Below, in pieces: positions 63,783-64,000 of a stretch of 64,000 nucleotides of DNA. The stretch lies in contig CAZBQJ010000003.1 of assembly GCA_964494085.1 (NCBI GenBank), positions 137,458-201,457 on the forward strand. The letters run 5' to 3'. How positions within the stretch are numbered: the first letter of the stretch is position 1; each line of letters starts with the position of its first letter. The stretch is from an uncultured Candidatus Peribacteria bacterium (GTDB taxonomy: Bacteria; Patescibacteriota; Gracilibacteria; UBA1369). Position numbers and translations under genes: made by a program. The notes under the pieces are model-generated. The model saw only the letters and a list, made by a program, of their open reading frames with translations. It ran no database searches and had not been told where the DNA came from.

Positions 63783-64000
63783 TTATTTTGATTGTTGCCC
63801 TTCTATTGGTCCATCATTTTCCTTTGGAGAAGGAGAGTTATCAGCCCCTTGCGTTGGTTCACTAACCACGGCCTCAGTCTGAGCCGGCTCATTGGTAGTT
63901 GTCGGAGCGGGACCATCTGTAGGAGTTACACCAGCCTGATTATTCACCTCAGGAGTTGTAGTGACAGCTTGTGGAATCGGTTGATTTTGGCTTATTTCCT
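63783..64000 (-). CDS. 3' end of a CDS truncated by the window edge; Pro/Thr/Gln-rich tail, possibly a C-terminal extension of ribosomal protein S2
   Basis: My own translation of the minus strand reads ...QNQPIPQAVTTTPEVNNQAGVTPTDGPAPTTTNEPAQTEAVVSEPTQGADNSPSPKENDGPIEGQQSK*. The rpsB guess rests only on the conserved rpsB-tsf gene order. Confidence 0.35.
   Translation of the reverse strand, partial: EISQNQPIPQAVTTTPEVNNQAGVTPTDGPAPTTTNEPAQTEAVVSEPTQGADNSPSPKENDGPIEGQQSK

Noticed and set aside
1-64000. CRISPR arrays, rRNA operons, IS elements, prophage, and retron/DGR-type reverse transcriptases.
   Set aside because: I found no regularly spaced direct repeats, no rRNA-like conserved blocks, and no transposase, integrase, RT or capsid-like ORFs in any frame of the track or the intergenic regions.

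Overview
This is a gene-dense window (about 90% coding) from a low-GC genome, roughly 40% GC by hand counts. It carries about 50 protein genes and 4 tRNA genes. I found no rRNA, CRISPR array, transposase, integrase or phage genes. Most genes are housekeeping: proS, infB, rpsA, rsmE, clpC, ruvB, tsaE, dnaE, aspS, lexA-dinB, rlmN, glyQS, murC, cysS, queA, tsf. They are interleaved with envelope and glycan genes: dTDP-sugar genes, an M23 peptidase with SLH domains, a 3D-domain/PG-binding protein, an LCP ligase, a processive GT2 synthase, three GH130 modules and a large Ig/FN3 surface protein. Several traits suggest an uncultivated small-genome bacterium of the CPR/Patescibacteria type, but this is inference only. 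Those traits are an archaeal-type ProRS, a short EF-Ts, sigma-region-4/HARE-HTH proteins, orphan coupling-protein-like ATPases, a CarS-like gene and the near absence of Shine-Dalgarno motifs. The strongest candidate for an undescribed system is at 57291-60439. There, a 7-8 TM protein gene is translationally coupled to one ORF fusing three modules: a RimK-like ATP-grasp amino-acid ligase, a degenerate RimB/DUF785-like segment, and a DUF1704/MATCAP-like (HExxxH + QEGLA) carboxypeptidase. This looks like a one-polypeptide writer/eraser for C-terminal amino-acid tails. Other notable loci: (1) two paralogous T4SS-coupling-protein-like ATPases with a shared uncharacterised N-terminal domain, each arranged as aaRS gene, then ATPase, then cell-wall enzyme; (2) two sigma70-region-4 + tandem HARE-HTH paralogs bracketing a glycan-synthase cassette; (3) a CarS-like/CDP-alcohol transferase pair; (4) a CIRCE operator embedded in a perfect consensus promoter upstream of clpC; (5) an SOS box that exactly fills the lexA promoter spacer; (6) an abrupt high-GC segment at the left edge. 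All functional calls come from motif recognition by eye, and no database search was run.
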